From: Macrostomum lignano
Lineage: Eukaryota
Assembly: GCA_002269645.1 (NCBI GenBank)
Contig: NIVC01003399.1
Location: forward strand, 1 to 64,000
DNA length: 64,000 bases
Direction: 5' to 3'
The notes under the pieces were generated by a model. That model had not been told where the DNA came from and did no database searches. It saw only the letters and a program-made list of their open reading frames with translations. Positions 1 to 10,510 of the stretch are shown here, piece after piece. Positions within the stretch are counted from its first letter, which is position 1. Each line of letters starts with the position of its first letter. The position numbers and the translations under genes are program-made.

Positions 1-40
1 CGAGCTATCAATTATATGCATTCGCATCGCATCTGCCACA
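1..40 (+). CDS. GSK3/shaggy-like kinase, partial internal exon (RAINYMHSHRICH), gene starts before the window
   Basis: Frame 1 reads RAINYMHSHRICH, matching the GSK3 segment before HRD (RSLAYIHSFGICH). GTGAGC donor at 41. The join to the next exon is one base short of AGG-GAC (R-D). Confidence 0.75.
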
Positions 41-94
41 GTGAGCGGCTGATGACGGAGAGCTATGACCATCTGGAACAGCGTCAGACTTAGA

Positions 95-500
95 AACTGG
101 GAGTCTGGGAGGCTGGCCCAGCAACTAAGGACCTGAGAGGCAGGCCGCAAGCAACTGGTATCTGGCCGGCCGGCCCAGCAACTGGGGATCTTGGAGGCTG
201 CCCAGCAACTGGGGATCTTGGAGGCTGGCCCAGCAACTGAGGATCTGGGAGGCTGGCCAGCAACTGGGGATCTGGAAGCAAATGGGGATCTTGGAGGCTG
301 GCCCAGCAACTGAGGATCTGGGAGGCTGGCCCAGCAACTGGGGATCTGGGATGCTGGCCCAGCAACTGGGGATCTGGCCGGCTGGCCCAGCAACTGGAGA
401 TCTGGGATGCTGGCCCAGCAACTGAGGACCTGTGAGGCAGGCCAGCAACTGGGAATCTGGGAGGCTGGCCCAGCAACTGAGGATCTGGGAAGCTGGCCCA
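95..500 (+). repeat. ~28-bp minisatellite (GAGGCTGGCCCAGCAACTGRGGATCTGR) in the kinase intron
   Basis: About 14 degenerate units read directly; same unit as 40285-41435. Confidence 0.9.
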
Positions 501-606
501 GAAAAAAAAGGGGACATGTGGGGCTGGCGTTAGGCCTTAAAAACAAGGCCTAACACGTGACTGCAGCATTATAGTGTCTTGGAACCGGATTACTTTCCTT
601 CCCAAG

Positions 607-1242
607 GGACATCAAGAGCCCGAACGTTCTCGTTGACGAATCCGACTGCCGCCTGCGCCTGTGCGACTTCGGCTCGGCAAGGAGCTGCCGCTGCCCGGCG
701 AACTTGCCGAAGGCAGCGGCGCCAACGCGGCCGCCGCAGCCGGAGTGGCGTACATCAGCTCTAGGTACTACCGAGCTCCCGAGCTGCTGTTCGGCTCTAC
801 TAATTACAGCTGCGCCATCGACCTGTGGTCAGTCGGCTGCGTGCTTGCCGAGCTGTGCATCGGCCACTGCCTGTTCATGGCTAACAACTCGCTGGACCAG
901 CTGGTGGCCATCATCCGGGTGCTGGGCACGCCAACCAAGCGCGACCTGCTGGCTATGAATCCAGTATATGAGAAGTTCCCGCTGCCACAGGTGGCCCCTG
1001 ACCCGCAGTTGAGCTTCCCGATTGGTACACCGCCCGAGTTGCTGGACCTGCTGTGCCGCCTGCTCGCCTACCAGCCTGGCAGCCGGTTGGCACCGCTGCG
1101 AGCTCTGGCGCACCCGTTCTTTGACGAGCTCAGACAGCGGCTTCCTAGCGACAAACTGGAGCTGTTCAACTTTAGCCAGCAGGAGCTCGGCTCGGCTGAT
1201 CGGGACCTGCTGGCCGCTTTGAAGCCGAGCTATTCCAATTAA
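607..1242 (+). CDS. GSK3/shaggy-like kinase, last exon (kinase C-lobe), with an apparent 1-bp deletion near 678; gene or pseudogene
   Basis: Acceptor ttccttcccAG at 605-606. From 608 it reads DIKSPNVLVDESDCRLRLCDFGSA, then in the frame starting at 679 KEL...VAYISSRYYRAPELLFG...DLWSVGCVLAEL...DQLVAIIRVLGTP...AHPFFDELR...LFNFSQQEL. These are GSK3-specific motifs. TAA at 1240-1242. Confidence 0.85.
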
Positions 1243-1489
1243 CTAGTTTACGAGCTAAAGGTTTTATCTGGTGCGAATATTTTCTTCTGAACCATTCTGG
1301 CTTGTAGTTTTATGTTTATACAATGCTAGCCACCTTTTTAGCATCCTTTCTGTTGCATTTTTAAAGCAAAAGTTCTCCCAAACTCTGCTGTTAATAATTA
1401 TGGGAAACACCGAATCGACTGTATAACTTTGAAGTATTCGACAGAGTTGTAATGCTTTTCTGCCTTTCAAAGACTGATCTTAAACACAG

Positions 1490-1760
1490 CTGACTGTCAG
1501 TGACCAATTTGACTATCAGTGACCAATTTGACTATCAGTGACCAATTTGACTAACAGTGACCAATTTGACTAACAGTGACCAATTTGACTGTCAGTGACC
1601 AATTTGACTAACAGTGACCAATTTGACTAACAGTGACCAATTTGACTAACAGTGACCAATTTGACTAACAGTGACCAATTTGACTGTCAATGACCAATTT
1701 GACTGTCAGTGACCAATTTGACTGTCAATGACAATTGACTGTCAGTGAAAATTTGACTTC
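1490..1760. repeat. 19-bp tandem repeat (GTGACCAATTTGACTAACA / ...GTCA), ~14 copies
   Basis: Read directly. Confidence 0.9.
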
Positions 1761-1931
1761 CAGTGAGAGCCAAATGACCTTCAAATTTATAGATATTATG
1801 CGGAAAGCTTAGTTAACCTCCGCTAGTACTTGAGCATAGGCTTCTTATTGAATCAGTAAAGCACACAAGTAATTGTAAAACCCAAATTAATTTCTTGTCC
1901 GTCCGTGACTCTGGAAGGCGATCGAGTTTAC

Positions 1932-2353
1932 CTTCAACGAGTTGGCAGTCTTGGCCAGCATCTCCTTCTCGATGGACTCCAGCACCTCGATCTCCCGCTG
2001 CTGCTCCTTCTCCTTGGCCTTGACTTTGTCGTTCTCCTCAATCAGGCCGGTGATTTTCTCGCTGAGCGAGCCCAGCTGCCTGTTGAGCGCCGCGTTCTCT
2101 TCGATCGTCTTCCGGGTCGTCTCTGCCATCTGCCTGTTGGACACCTTGCGGAATTCGCTGGCCACATCGTTCACTTTCTCGACCATCTCCTTGCGCAGAG
2201 AGTCTTTCTGCACTACTGTCTCCCTCTCCAGTAGGTAGATCTCCTCCTTGTGAATCTCCTCCTGGCGCTTCATTTTCTCGTCCATTTCTTGGAACTTCTC
2301 GTGCATCTCCTCCTTCTGGATCCGGTACTCGTCCAGGGTGGTCAGCTTGCTCT
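1932..2353 (-). CDS. CFAP157: Cilia- and flagella-associated protein 157, exon 2
   Basis: SKLTTLDEYRIQKEEMHEKF...LERETVVQKDSLRKEMVEKVNDVASEFRKVSNRQMAETTRKTIEEN matches remembered CFAP157 (KLAALEEFRLQKEEV...[22 protein letters not shown]...ETTKRAIKEN). CAG acceptor gives a phase-1 join; AAG|GTAAAC donor at 1931. Confidence 0.85.
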
Positions 2354-2439
2354 CTGCGGTTGGGATCGGCGTACAGCAAGCTGTTAACAATTCACAGATA
2401 CTTTTGTAACTTGCATGTGAATGGTAGCCAAACTTAGTG

Positions 2440-2685
2440 GATGTGGCGCCAAAATGAGTGTCGGGAAGGCGCCAAATTGGGTGTCGAGAAGGCGTCAAAA
2501 TGATTCTTATAAGGAAGTCACAATGAATGTCAAGAGGGCGACGAAATATTGAATAAGTGTAGGGACGGCGCCAAAATGAATTTCAAGAGGGCGCCGAAAT
2601 GAATTTCACGAGGGCGCTAAAATTGAATTTCACGAGGGCGCGAAATGAATTTAATTCAAGAGGGCGCCAAAAGATGGAGAGCGCT
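2440..2685. repeat. Degenerate ~20-bp repeat (GAGGGCGCCRAAATGAATTTCAA) in CFAP157 intron 1
   Basis: Repeated GGCGCC(G/A)AAAT cores. Confidence 0.7.
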
Positions 2686-2733
2686 ACAACGCATGTAACT
2701 GAAGTTAATTTAATTTCGTTCAATTCAACTCAC

Positions 2734-3178
2734 GCAGCGTGAACCCGTCCTGCTCCAGCTGCTCCTTCGTGTCCCGAAATTCTTTCTTCTGCTTCTCCAT
2801 TCTCTCCTCGTAGGATTTCTGATCCTTCTCGTAGGCCTCTTGAAGCGCGCGCAGCTCCTCCTGCAGCTCGGCGCAGGTGTTCGTCTTCTCGCTCACCCGG
2901 TCGCGCAGGTACTCTGTGATCTCCTCCATGTCGCCCGACACCGTCACCCGCTTGCTCTTCAATTGGTCGTTCAACAGTTCCAACTCGTCGCAGCGTCTCT
3001 GAAGTCCGCTTACTCGACGTTGGAGATCCTTCAATTGGCGCAGTTTGGCCTCCTGTTCGCGCTTGTCTGGCAATGCTGGCGCCAATTTGGCGCCCGCGCC
3101 AGCCTGTCCAGTGGCGCCAGATTGGGCGCGCGAAGACTTCTTAGACTTCTTGCCGCCTCCCTTTTTCTTCTTTCCCAT
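2734..3178 (-). CDS. CFAP157: CFAP157 exon 1 (MGKKKKGGGKKSKK... coiled coil)
   Basis: ATG at 3178, lysine-rich N-terminus then coiled coil (EEITEYLRDRVSEK...KEFRDTKEQL). C|GTGAGT donor at 2733 joins exon 2 in frame. Confidence 0.85.
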
Positions 3179-4495
3179 TGTTGGTTGGGGATCTGCAATG
3201 TATTTTTGTCGGCTATTTGTTGTATAAAGAATGAAATTCAAATGACTAGAAACATAATATTTTGTTAAAAAAACAAATTGAGGAATCAATCCAGTTTATT
3301 ACTAATAGATCAGCAAGCTTAATTAAAGGTTAGCTTTTTCGTTTCTGGCAGAATGGCAGAATAAATTAATTCAATGAACCATATTAACTTGGTCTTACAG
3401 GTTTGGTAATGGACGTCTTAACTAGCTTAAAATAAATTTAAGGTACAGATTCCTCAAACTAAATTATCTACTTGGAATTCATATTAACAATACTCAATAG
3501 AAACAATAAAAAAAATTGTCTGGAAATCATAAACCTTTTGATGATTTGGACAAGTTTATATGGACAATGTACATCATCCATTGTATTTATGCCTTCTAAA
3601 ATAAAGGTGATTAGATATTAAATATTTTTTAGATATGTTCATTTTAAAATTCGGTTTAACATAAAATAATACTGCAATACAAACTGTTTTAATTTCTAAA
3701 TATGCAAGTACCACCATAGTAAGTGCATCCAGAAAAAGTAAAAAAATATGTATGTATTTTAAAAAATTGCTAAAAACAGGTTTTCAAATAGATATGCTGA
3801 TTATATTAATTAAGAATGACAATTAGGAAGCCATTGAAACAGCCGCTCAAGAAACAATTTCTAAAGCCTAGAAGCAGGAACATAACAACTGGTAAAATCA
3901 GCGCGACAATATTGCTATTAATACATTTTTATACTCGGACGAAAGGCACATTATCCTAGAATGATATAGAAACGTAGTAAAATGCATTTATTAATTAATT
4001 CTAATACTGACTGTCTCAGACAAAATCTGTTAGATTGGTAAACTGTTGAGTATGCAATAAACCTACTAACCTAGATCTAATCATGTCATGTAGATGCATA
4101 ATTGCATGGCAAATGCGAATTCGATATTTTTAGAAAAGTTAAATATCTGAAGCGTATCTATTCGATATTTTTAGAAAAGTTAAATATCTGAAGCGTATCT
4201 AGCAATATAAAGCTATAACAAATTTAATAGTAAAAAGTTTAAATTCAGCAATAGACGTGTTTTTAACATGTAAAACAAGCTGCTTGTTTACTTTATACTT
4301 AAACAAATTAATCTTATTGTAATCTTGAGGTGTAATTACGTATTCACCAAGGACAAATAAATCATACTTACTTAATACAGTCAGTCGATTAGGCAATGGA
4401 AATTCCCCATCTTGAATAAACTGCAAAGCAAAAGCTCGTATAGTGCGTGTTTTTATATTAATTCACTCCGAATTATTTTTATAATGCATGTTTAT

Positions 4496-5479
4496 ACCAA
4501 GGACCACTAGAAGTTACCGTTGTATCAGGACGCAACACTCGTAAATATAGCAAAATTATTTGAAGGCCCGCTTGTTTACGTGTATTTATCGGTACTTGCC
4601 TTCAAAAAAGTATTCTACTTGACTGTTTTAAAGAAACATGCACTACATTTGAGCCTCAGAAGCTCCATAAATAGGTGTATTTATACTTTATTTAGGCTTT
4701 AATCTATTAAATCTAGATGCAAATTAATTTTAAAGTAATTATATCACTATATGAAACTCGTTTTAGAATTTCCTAAGCCAAGGTTTTATGCAGACAGTTG
4801 ACATATACTGCTAAGTGCTAGAACTACTAATTCGACAAAGCTTGAGAAAAGGATCAGATGGGCTTCTAACTAATTAACTATCAACAAAAAAGTAGTTTAA
4901 CAAGTATATTATTTTACTAACTTATAGGCCTAGCCTTAGCTTTTTTGCTGTCATGGCAGTTGTCATTTGAATGTTGGAGTCCTTGTTGGGCAGGTGTACC
5001 AAGATTTCGGAAATATTATGCCTTCCTGATTTTGATTATACTGGTTTTTGATAGTGAAGTGTATAATGCCTTTGCAGCCTACTCAACTCTGTACAGATTA
5101 TCTGCTTTATAAAGCTTCCAAACTGGGGGATATAAAGTATGGTCTGCTACTTTATCGAGACTAGGAGGCACTAATTGAAGTAACTGAAACTTTATTCATT
5201 TTGAATGCAATGAAATATTGTGTATTGCCGTTACTTTACTGTACGCCCGCCGCTCCTACATGTAGATATATAGCGCCAAACTTTGCATCATATTAAAGAA
5301 AACAAAATTTTGAGCAACCTGGCGAAAAAATATCTTTTTAAGTGCAACCAGTCCGGAGTTTAGGGAGTTATGAGCATTTAAAGTTCAGCTGCAATGCAAA
5401 CAAGTGGGCCTTCAAATAATTTTGCAATATTTACGAGGGTTGCGTCCTGATACAACGGTAACTTCTAGTGGTCCTTGGT
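4496..5479. mobile_element. Non-autonomous DNA transposon (MITE), 984 bp, 82-bp TIRs
   Basis: 4496-4577 and 5398-5479 are reverse complements with 3 mismatches (ACCAAGGACCACTAGAAGTTACCG...). TTAT on both flanks (4492-4495, 5480-5483). No internal ORF. Confidence 0.85.
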
Positions 5480-6084
5480 TTATGCATGTGCGTACAGATA
5501 TTTCAAACACTTGTTCTACATGTACGAGTATCATCTCGTAGTATCATAACCGATAGTAAAAACTGTTCTGTTGCTTACATCTAACTCAGAAACTTTGTAG
5601 TTGTTGAACTGTACTGTAATTCACGTACATTTAGTGAACTAATAAAATAATGTTGGATTATTGATCTTGTTAAAGTTAACCCGCTTTGAAATATCAATGT
5701 ACATAACGGTACAAATTATGGTAAAATTGCGAACCATCCAGATCAGATTTAGTTTTTAGAAGATATTTTTTGACTGAATGATTTCCAATAAGCAACTCCA
5801 AAATGAATTTCGAAAAAAAACATCACACGAATACTAATTATATCCAGTCGTGCAAGACACTGAGCCATGGTAACAGTACAGTAACCACAGAAACAGCAAG
5901 TAAAGCGGAACTTTTATTTTCATTTTAATAATAAAATTTGAAACCAAACATAGCCAAATAAATTTATTACATTCAAACAGTTTTCAGCGGTATTACCTAA
6001 AATACAAACCATTATTTAGACAACAAATCAAATGCAAGTGCACAGAACAGTAAACTAAGCAAGCAAAATGATTTTCTTAGTTAT

Positions 6085-6276
6085 TCAACGCGCGTCAAAC
6101 ACAATCATTCGGGACGTGCGCTTCTTATACATAATCCGATGGCCGCACTCCCGACAGCGGATCACCTCCTTGGCTTTGATTTCGCTTTCCTTATGACAGT
6201 CGCCGCAGATGTAGACAACTGCGTGCAGTTTCGGCGGCGGAACAACGCCCGGTTTGGGAGTCTGGCCCGGCTCCAT
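6085..6276 (-). CDS. POLR2K: RNA polymerases I/II/III shared subunit RPABC4 (RPB12), 63 aa, intronless CDS
   Basis: [33 protein letters not shown]...FDAR is the RPB12 zinc-ribbon signature; AATAAA about 115 nt downstream on the minus strand. Confidence 0.95.
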   Translation of the reverse strand: MEPGQTPKPGVVPPPKLHAVVYICGDCHKESEIKAKEVIRCRECGHRIMYKKRTSRMIVFDAR

Positions 6277-6595
6277 CAGTGCCGGCTAACTGGCTTTGGC
6301 TGCAACGAGTATTTGTTTTGATGCGCGAAGCTTGTAAGGTTTCAGTTTCTTACAGTTTCTAATTAGTGCTACGTAAATACTCGTACAAGGCGACAGTCGA
6401 CTCGCAGCCCATCAGTTGTGCCCCCCCCCCACAGAACAAGCACACGCCCTGAATTTCTAAACATCATTAGAAAGCTCCCGGGGCCAATTTTCGTGCACAA
6501 GCCCCGAGTTAATGCGGCCACGTAAGGACTCAAACCTGGGGACTGTAGCGCGTGAGTCATGTGCGCGTTAATCACTGGGCTGCTTTGCAATAACT

Positions 6596-6914
6596 CAGAC
6601 TCCGGCACGCGGGCCACATCCGGTTCTCGGGTCCTTTGAAACTTCACAATAGCAATCCGGCCTGCTCAGGGTTTGTCTCTCCTCTCCCTTCTCTCCTCTC
6701 ATTTCTCCAGTCTCGCCTCTTCTTCCTCCTCTCTCCTCTCACTTTTCTTCTCTCTCTTCTATTTCGTCTTTCCTCTCTTCTCCTTTATTCCCTTGCCTCT
6801 TCTTTCCACCATCTCTCTTTTCTATTATCTCTCCTCTCCCCTATTGCGGCCCGCAGTTAAGCGCTATAGGCTTTCTATCTGGCCCTTTAGGGTAAAAAAG
6901 TTTGCCGACCCCTG
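6596..6914. mobile_element. hAT (Buster/Charlie-like) MITE with internal CT-rich tract, copy 1
   Basis: Right end AGTTTGCCGACCCCTG. Left end CAGACTCCGGCACGCGGGCCACATCCGG looks like a TIR with an internal deletion. 8-bp TSD CAATAACT / CAATAAAT with central TA. Internal GGGTCCTTTGAAACTTCACAATAGCAATCCGGCC shared with the copies near 23000 and 46430. Confidence 0.75.
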
Positions 6915-7503
6915 CAATAAATCAAAACTAAACTATTCAGCTCGTATGCGCATGACAGATGACAATATGGAGTCTATAGACAGAAAGGAGTGTTTTGAAA
7001 TCAAGCATTTGTCCAAATATGGGTTCCGCTGTTTATCGAACATCTTTCAGCCTATTTTTCCCGAGCTGTTTCTTTTTAAATGAATCGACCTGGCTTGGCC
7101 CATTCCAGCCTCACATTCAAGTCTCCAGTGCTTAGTGAAAGAAAAACAAATTTGTCCATCCGCTGTGTACAGTTAAGCAGCATTAGTCTGGGAAATACAG
7201 GATGGGGATATATAGAGAGGGGAAGGCTAGGAGAGAGAGATGCAGATGGGAAAGTTGAGAAAGAACAATGGAACAGTGGGGGGGGGAGGAGAAACAGTCG
7301 TTATTGCATAGCAACACGCCCATCTTTCCTCTCCCCTCGCTCCCAAAGTGGCGGGGATCTATCTGGAGCAGCTTGGGGCAAGAGTTGGACAGATAGGGAG
7401 AAAAGGTTGAAGCGCAATCCCTACAATAAGAGCCTATTCACTGCGACGCTTCCAGAAATTTCCAACCAAATATTACCACCTAGCTTTTCAACTGGATTTC
7501 AAG

Positions 7504-7768
7504 ATGAGTCACCAAGGCACTACGCAGGACAATGCCACGATTGCCAACAATCAGTTGGAAGAAGACGAAGCGGATGAAGCTGCAGCTGCAGCAGAGGCGG
7601 CTGCACTGGCCGAGGCTAGAAAAAGAGCAGCGGAATCTTCTGAAGCTCGCAGGCGTCGACACGTTGAATTCGCGGTTTGGGAGGCCGGCATCAACCAGCG
7701 TTTCACTGTAGCGGCGGGGCGCTTTGAAGCCTTGCTGACACAGTCCGGGGGAGCGAAGCAATCGGGGG
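7504..7768 (+). CDS. Candidate coding exon of an unidentified gene (acidic/Ala-rich N-terminus)
   Basis: GC-rich open frame MSHQGTTQDNAT...EARRRRHVEFAVWEAGINQRF..., preceded by tttcaAG and followed by a consensus G|GTAAGT donor at 7769. No family recognised and no downstream exon found. Confidence 0.5.
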
Positions 7769-7809
7769 GTAAGTGATGGCGAATGGCCTAGGAGAAGCCG
7801 CGAACTGAT

Positions 7810-8110
7810 GAGACCAGCTCTGACCTGCGAGATACCAGCCAGCACTGAACCCATGACAGACCAGCTCTGACCTGCGAGATACCAGCCAGCACTGAACCCA
7901 TGACAGACCAGCTCTGACCTGCGAGATACCAGCCAGCACTGAACCCATGAGACCGGCTCTCACCTGCGAGATACCAGCCAGCACTGAACCCATGAGACCA
8001 GCTCTGACCTGCGAGATACCAGCCAGCTCTGACCTGCGAGATACCAGCCAGGACTGAAACCATGAGATACCAGCTCTGACCTGCAAGATACCAGCCAGCA
8101 CTGAACCCAT
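7810..8110. repeat. 45-bp minisatellite (AGACCAGCTCTGACCTGCGAGATACCAGCCAGCACTGAACCCATG), ~6-7 copies
   Basis: Read directly; starts about 40 nt after the 7769 donor. Confidence 0.9.
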
Positions 8111-10488
8111 GAGACACCAGCACTGTCTGAGTCACATACAAGATACTAAATCTGAACTACAAATGATGCCAGACCTAAACTACACTGAGATGAGATACCA
8201 GCTCTGGCTGCCCTGAACAAAAATGAGACCCTTAAGTTTAGCCTCCTAAATGTGGTGTAAAAAGATAGCTTAATAATATAGTATACAATGCATATGTTTC
8301 TAAGAAAATCTTACTAAAACAAACTTTCAAATATTATGTTTAAAAATATATAGTATACAATATTAACAAAAAAACAGACAACTTTGCATTCTAAATGGCA
8401 TTGTTATTTTTTTCAAAATGAATTTAAAGATTCTAGTAAGAGAAAAAGCAATGTGCATTTGAAATTTAATTTTCTCATATTAATAAAACCTATAGCTTTG
8501 AAATTATTTCACTACTAAATATCTGGAATTAATTTTAAATGTCTTCATTCATTTGAGGATGAGCAAATGACTAGCCTATCTAGGACTTTGTAGAATATTT
8601 CTATATATTATACTCAGGAAAGTGGCCTGTATGCTAGAAAAAAATAATTATTGTCATTCAATATGTTGCTTTAATCAGACAATTGCATATAGGAATGCTG
8701 CTTTGTCTATTCATTAGAAACTGCAAGGTGTATGGCCAAATAAACAGAGAAATTATTTGATTGATAGCCATAAACCATAATACTATTTTACCTCCTATTT
8801 AAACCAATTCATATTAAAAAACAAGTAGGATTTCAATTCAAACACTTAAAGAAATCTTAGAACTTGCAAAAATTCTTGCAGAAAAGTCCTTTCTATTGAA
8901 ACAAAATTAAGTCAACTTAGACTGTTTATGGCCAAAACTTCTCAAGTGATGTGGCCGCAGCCTTTTGCTGCAAGCATAGGGCCGCAGTCACATCTTAGGC
9001 ACTGCTGTCTGCTGCTAGTATCTGGAATAGGAATTTTCTGCTGCCTCCATGCACTCTAAGCAGCCTTCCTCAGCACTCAGAAGTTGCACAATATGGCGCA
9101 ATCGAGTCATCATAATGAGACTCTTTAACATAGGAAATTAGGAAGTTTGCCTAGCCTTAGGGTTAGTTAGTGGAAGCCGCCAAATTTGGCGCTTGCCTGT
9201 AATGTTGTTGCCTGGCCTGCCGCGTATGATCGCTCAGTGTACGCAAAGTCTAGTTAGCCACACTCCTCCCCTGTGCACTCTCTGGACCCTTTCCCCCTTT
9301 TTCTCTCTTAGTCTAAAAATAGAATGACACATGGGGAGAGGCTCGGATGCAGGAGGAATGAGGGTTTCGCGGACCCCATGTCCCGAGCTGAACCCTCCCT
9401 CACATGCAGCCTTGTGCGCACAAGCCCAAATTTGGCATGGTATTGTCACTGGTGGCTTGAGGCAACTGTTGGCGCTTCGTACAAGCTACTTTCTCCCCCC
9501 CCCAATGTTTAATCAATATCTGTTGTGCATCATTATCCGCACTTTTCGGCTGCAGTTCCATGGTCAAGCCACAGAATGCCCAAACGCTCCACCCTCCGCG
9601 TTCTATATTAACAAATGCAGGCCTGCTTGTCTGAATTTTTCCTTAGAACCTTTTTGACCACTGGTTAGACTCATTGAGAGCTATCTCCGAGAAAGCGCTC
9701 TAGCACCAGTTAACAGCGAAGCAAAGCTCCTGAGCAGGTCTTGGTAGAGCAAAGCATCGCTAAAAGCAGCCGCAAGCTCCTGAGCAGGTCTTGGTAGAGC
9801 ATTGCAACGCTCAAGCAGAAAGCACGCTCCTGAGCAAGTCTTGGTAGAGCATTGCTAGTGCTATAGCTCTGGTTTCCCAGCCCACTCTATTGGCAGGAAA
9901 TCAGTTGGCTGAAGCCATTCTGCTAGTGTCTATTCGCGACACAGGCGCAAAAAAGAGTGAGAGTGAGTGTGCAGTCACAGCACTCGTGCGCGATTCTAAG
10001 AATAGCTGTTAGTTTATAGGCCTAGAGTCTATTGCTGCCATAGGCACATAGACTTATTTCCTTGCCGCCCATCTGCGCGAGACATAGCTATTAGTTTATA
10101 GGAGTTAGGGGTCCTCTGAGAGCTAAACTCAGACATGCTCAAGCGTGGACATTTGTCAGTACCAGGACTACACCACTCAGGCCATTTGCTACCATTGAGC
10201 CCTGTCACTTGGACATTGAAATATCTGAGACTAGTTGTTCTAGTGTTATTTATTTGCATGAAGCCCAAACAGACCCCTTCATTGCAGATACTATGGTTTC
10301 CACGCTGGTAGCAGCACTACCCTTAATTTTAGATTTCTCCCCAGTCTTAGCCCCCATAAGAATACTCAGCAAGGTTGCTTTGGACAGCAGTCTGCCCCAC
10401 CACAGAAGCCAGAAAGCCAAGCTGTCACTGGTGATAGCAGTGGGATATCAAAACCTGCCAAACCACCCTAACAACTAAAGTATAAAAC

Positions 10489-10510
10489 TGGTGATAGCGG
10501 TGGGATTCGA
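10489..10510 (+). other. tRNA-Leu primer-binding-site-like sequence (possible LTR-element remnant)
   Basis: TGGTGATAGCGGTGGGATTCGA; its reverse complement TCGAATCCCACCGCTATCA-CCA resembles a mature tRNA-Leu 3' end including CCA. A second, 1-mismatch copy lies at 10429-10446. Confidence 0.45.

Noticed and set aside
4120-4201. 41-bp direct duplication
   Set aside because: An ordinary local slippage event with no associated feature.
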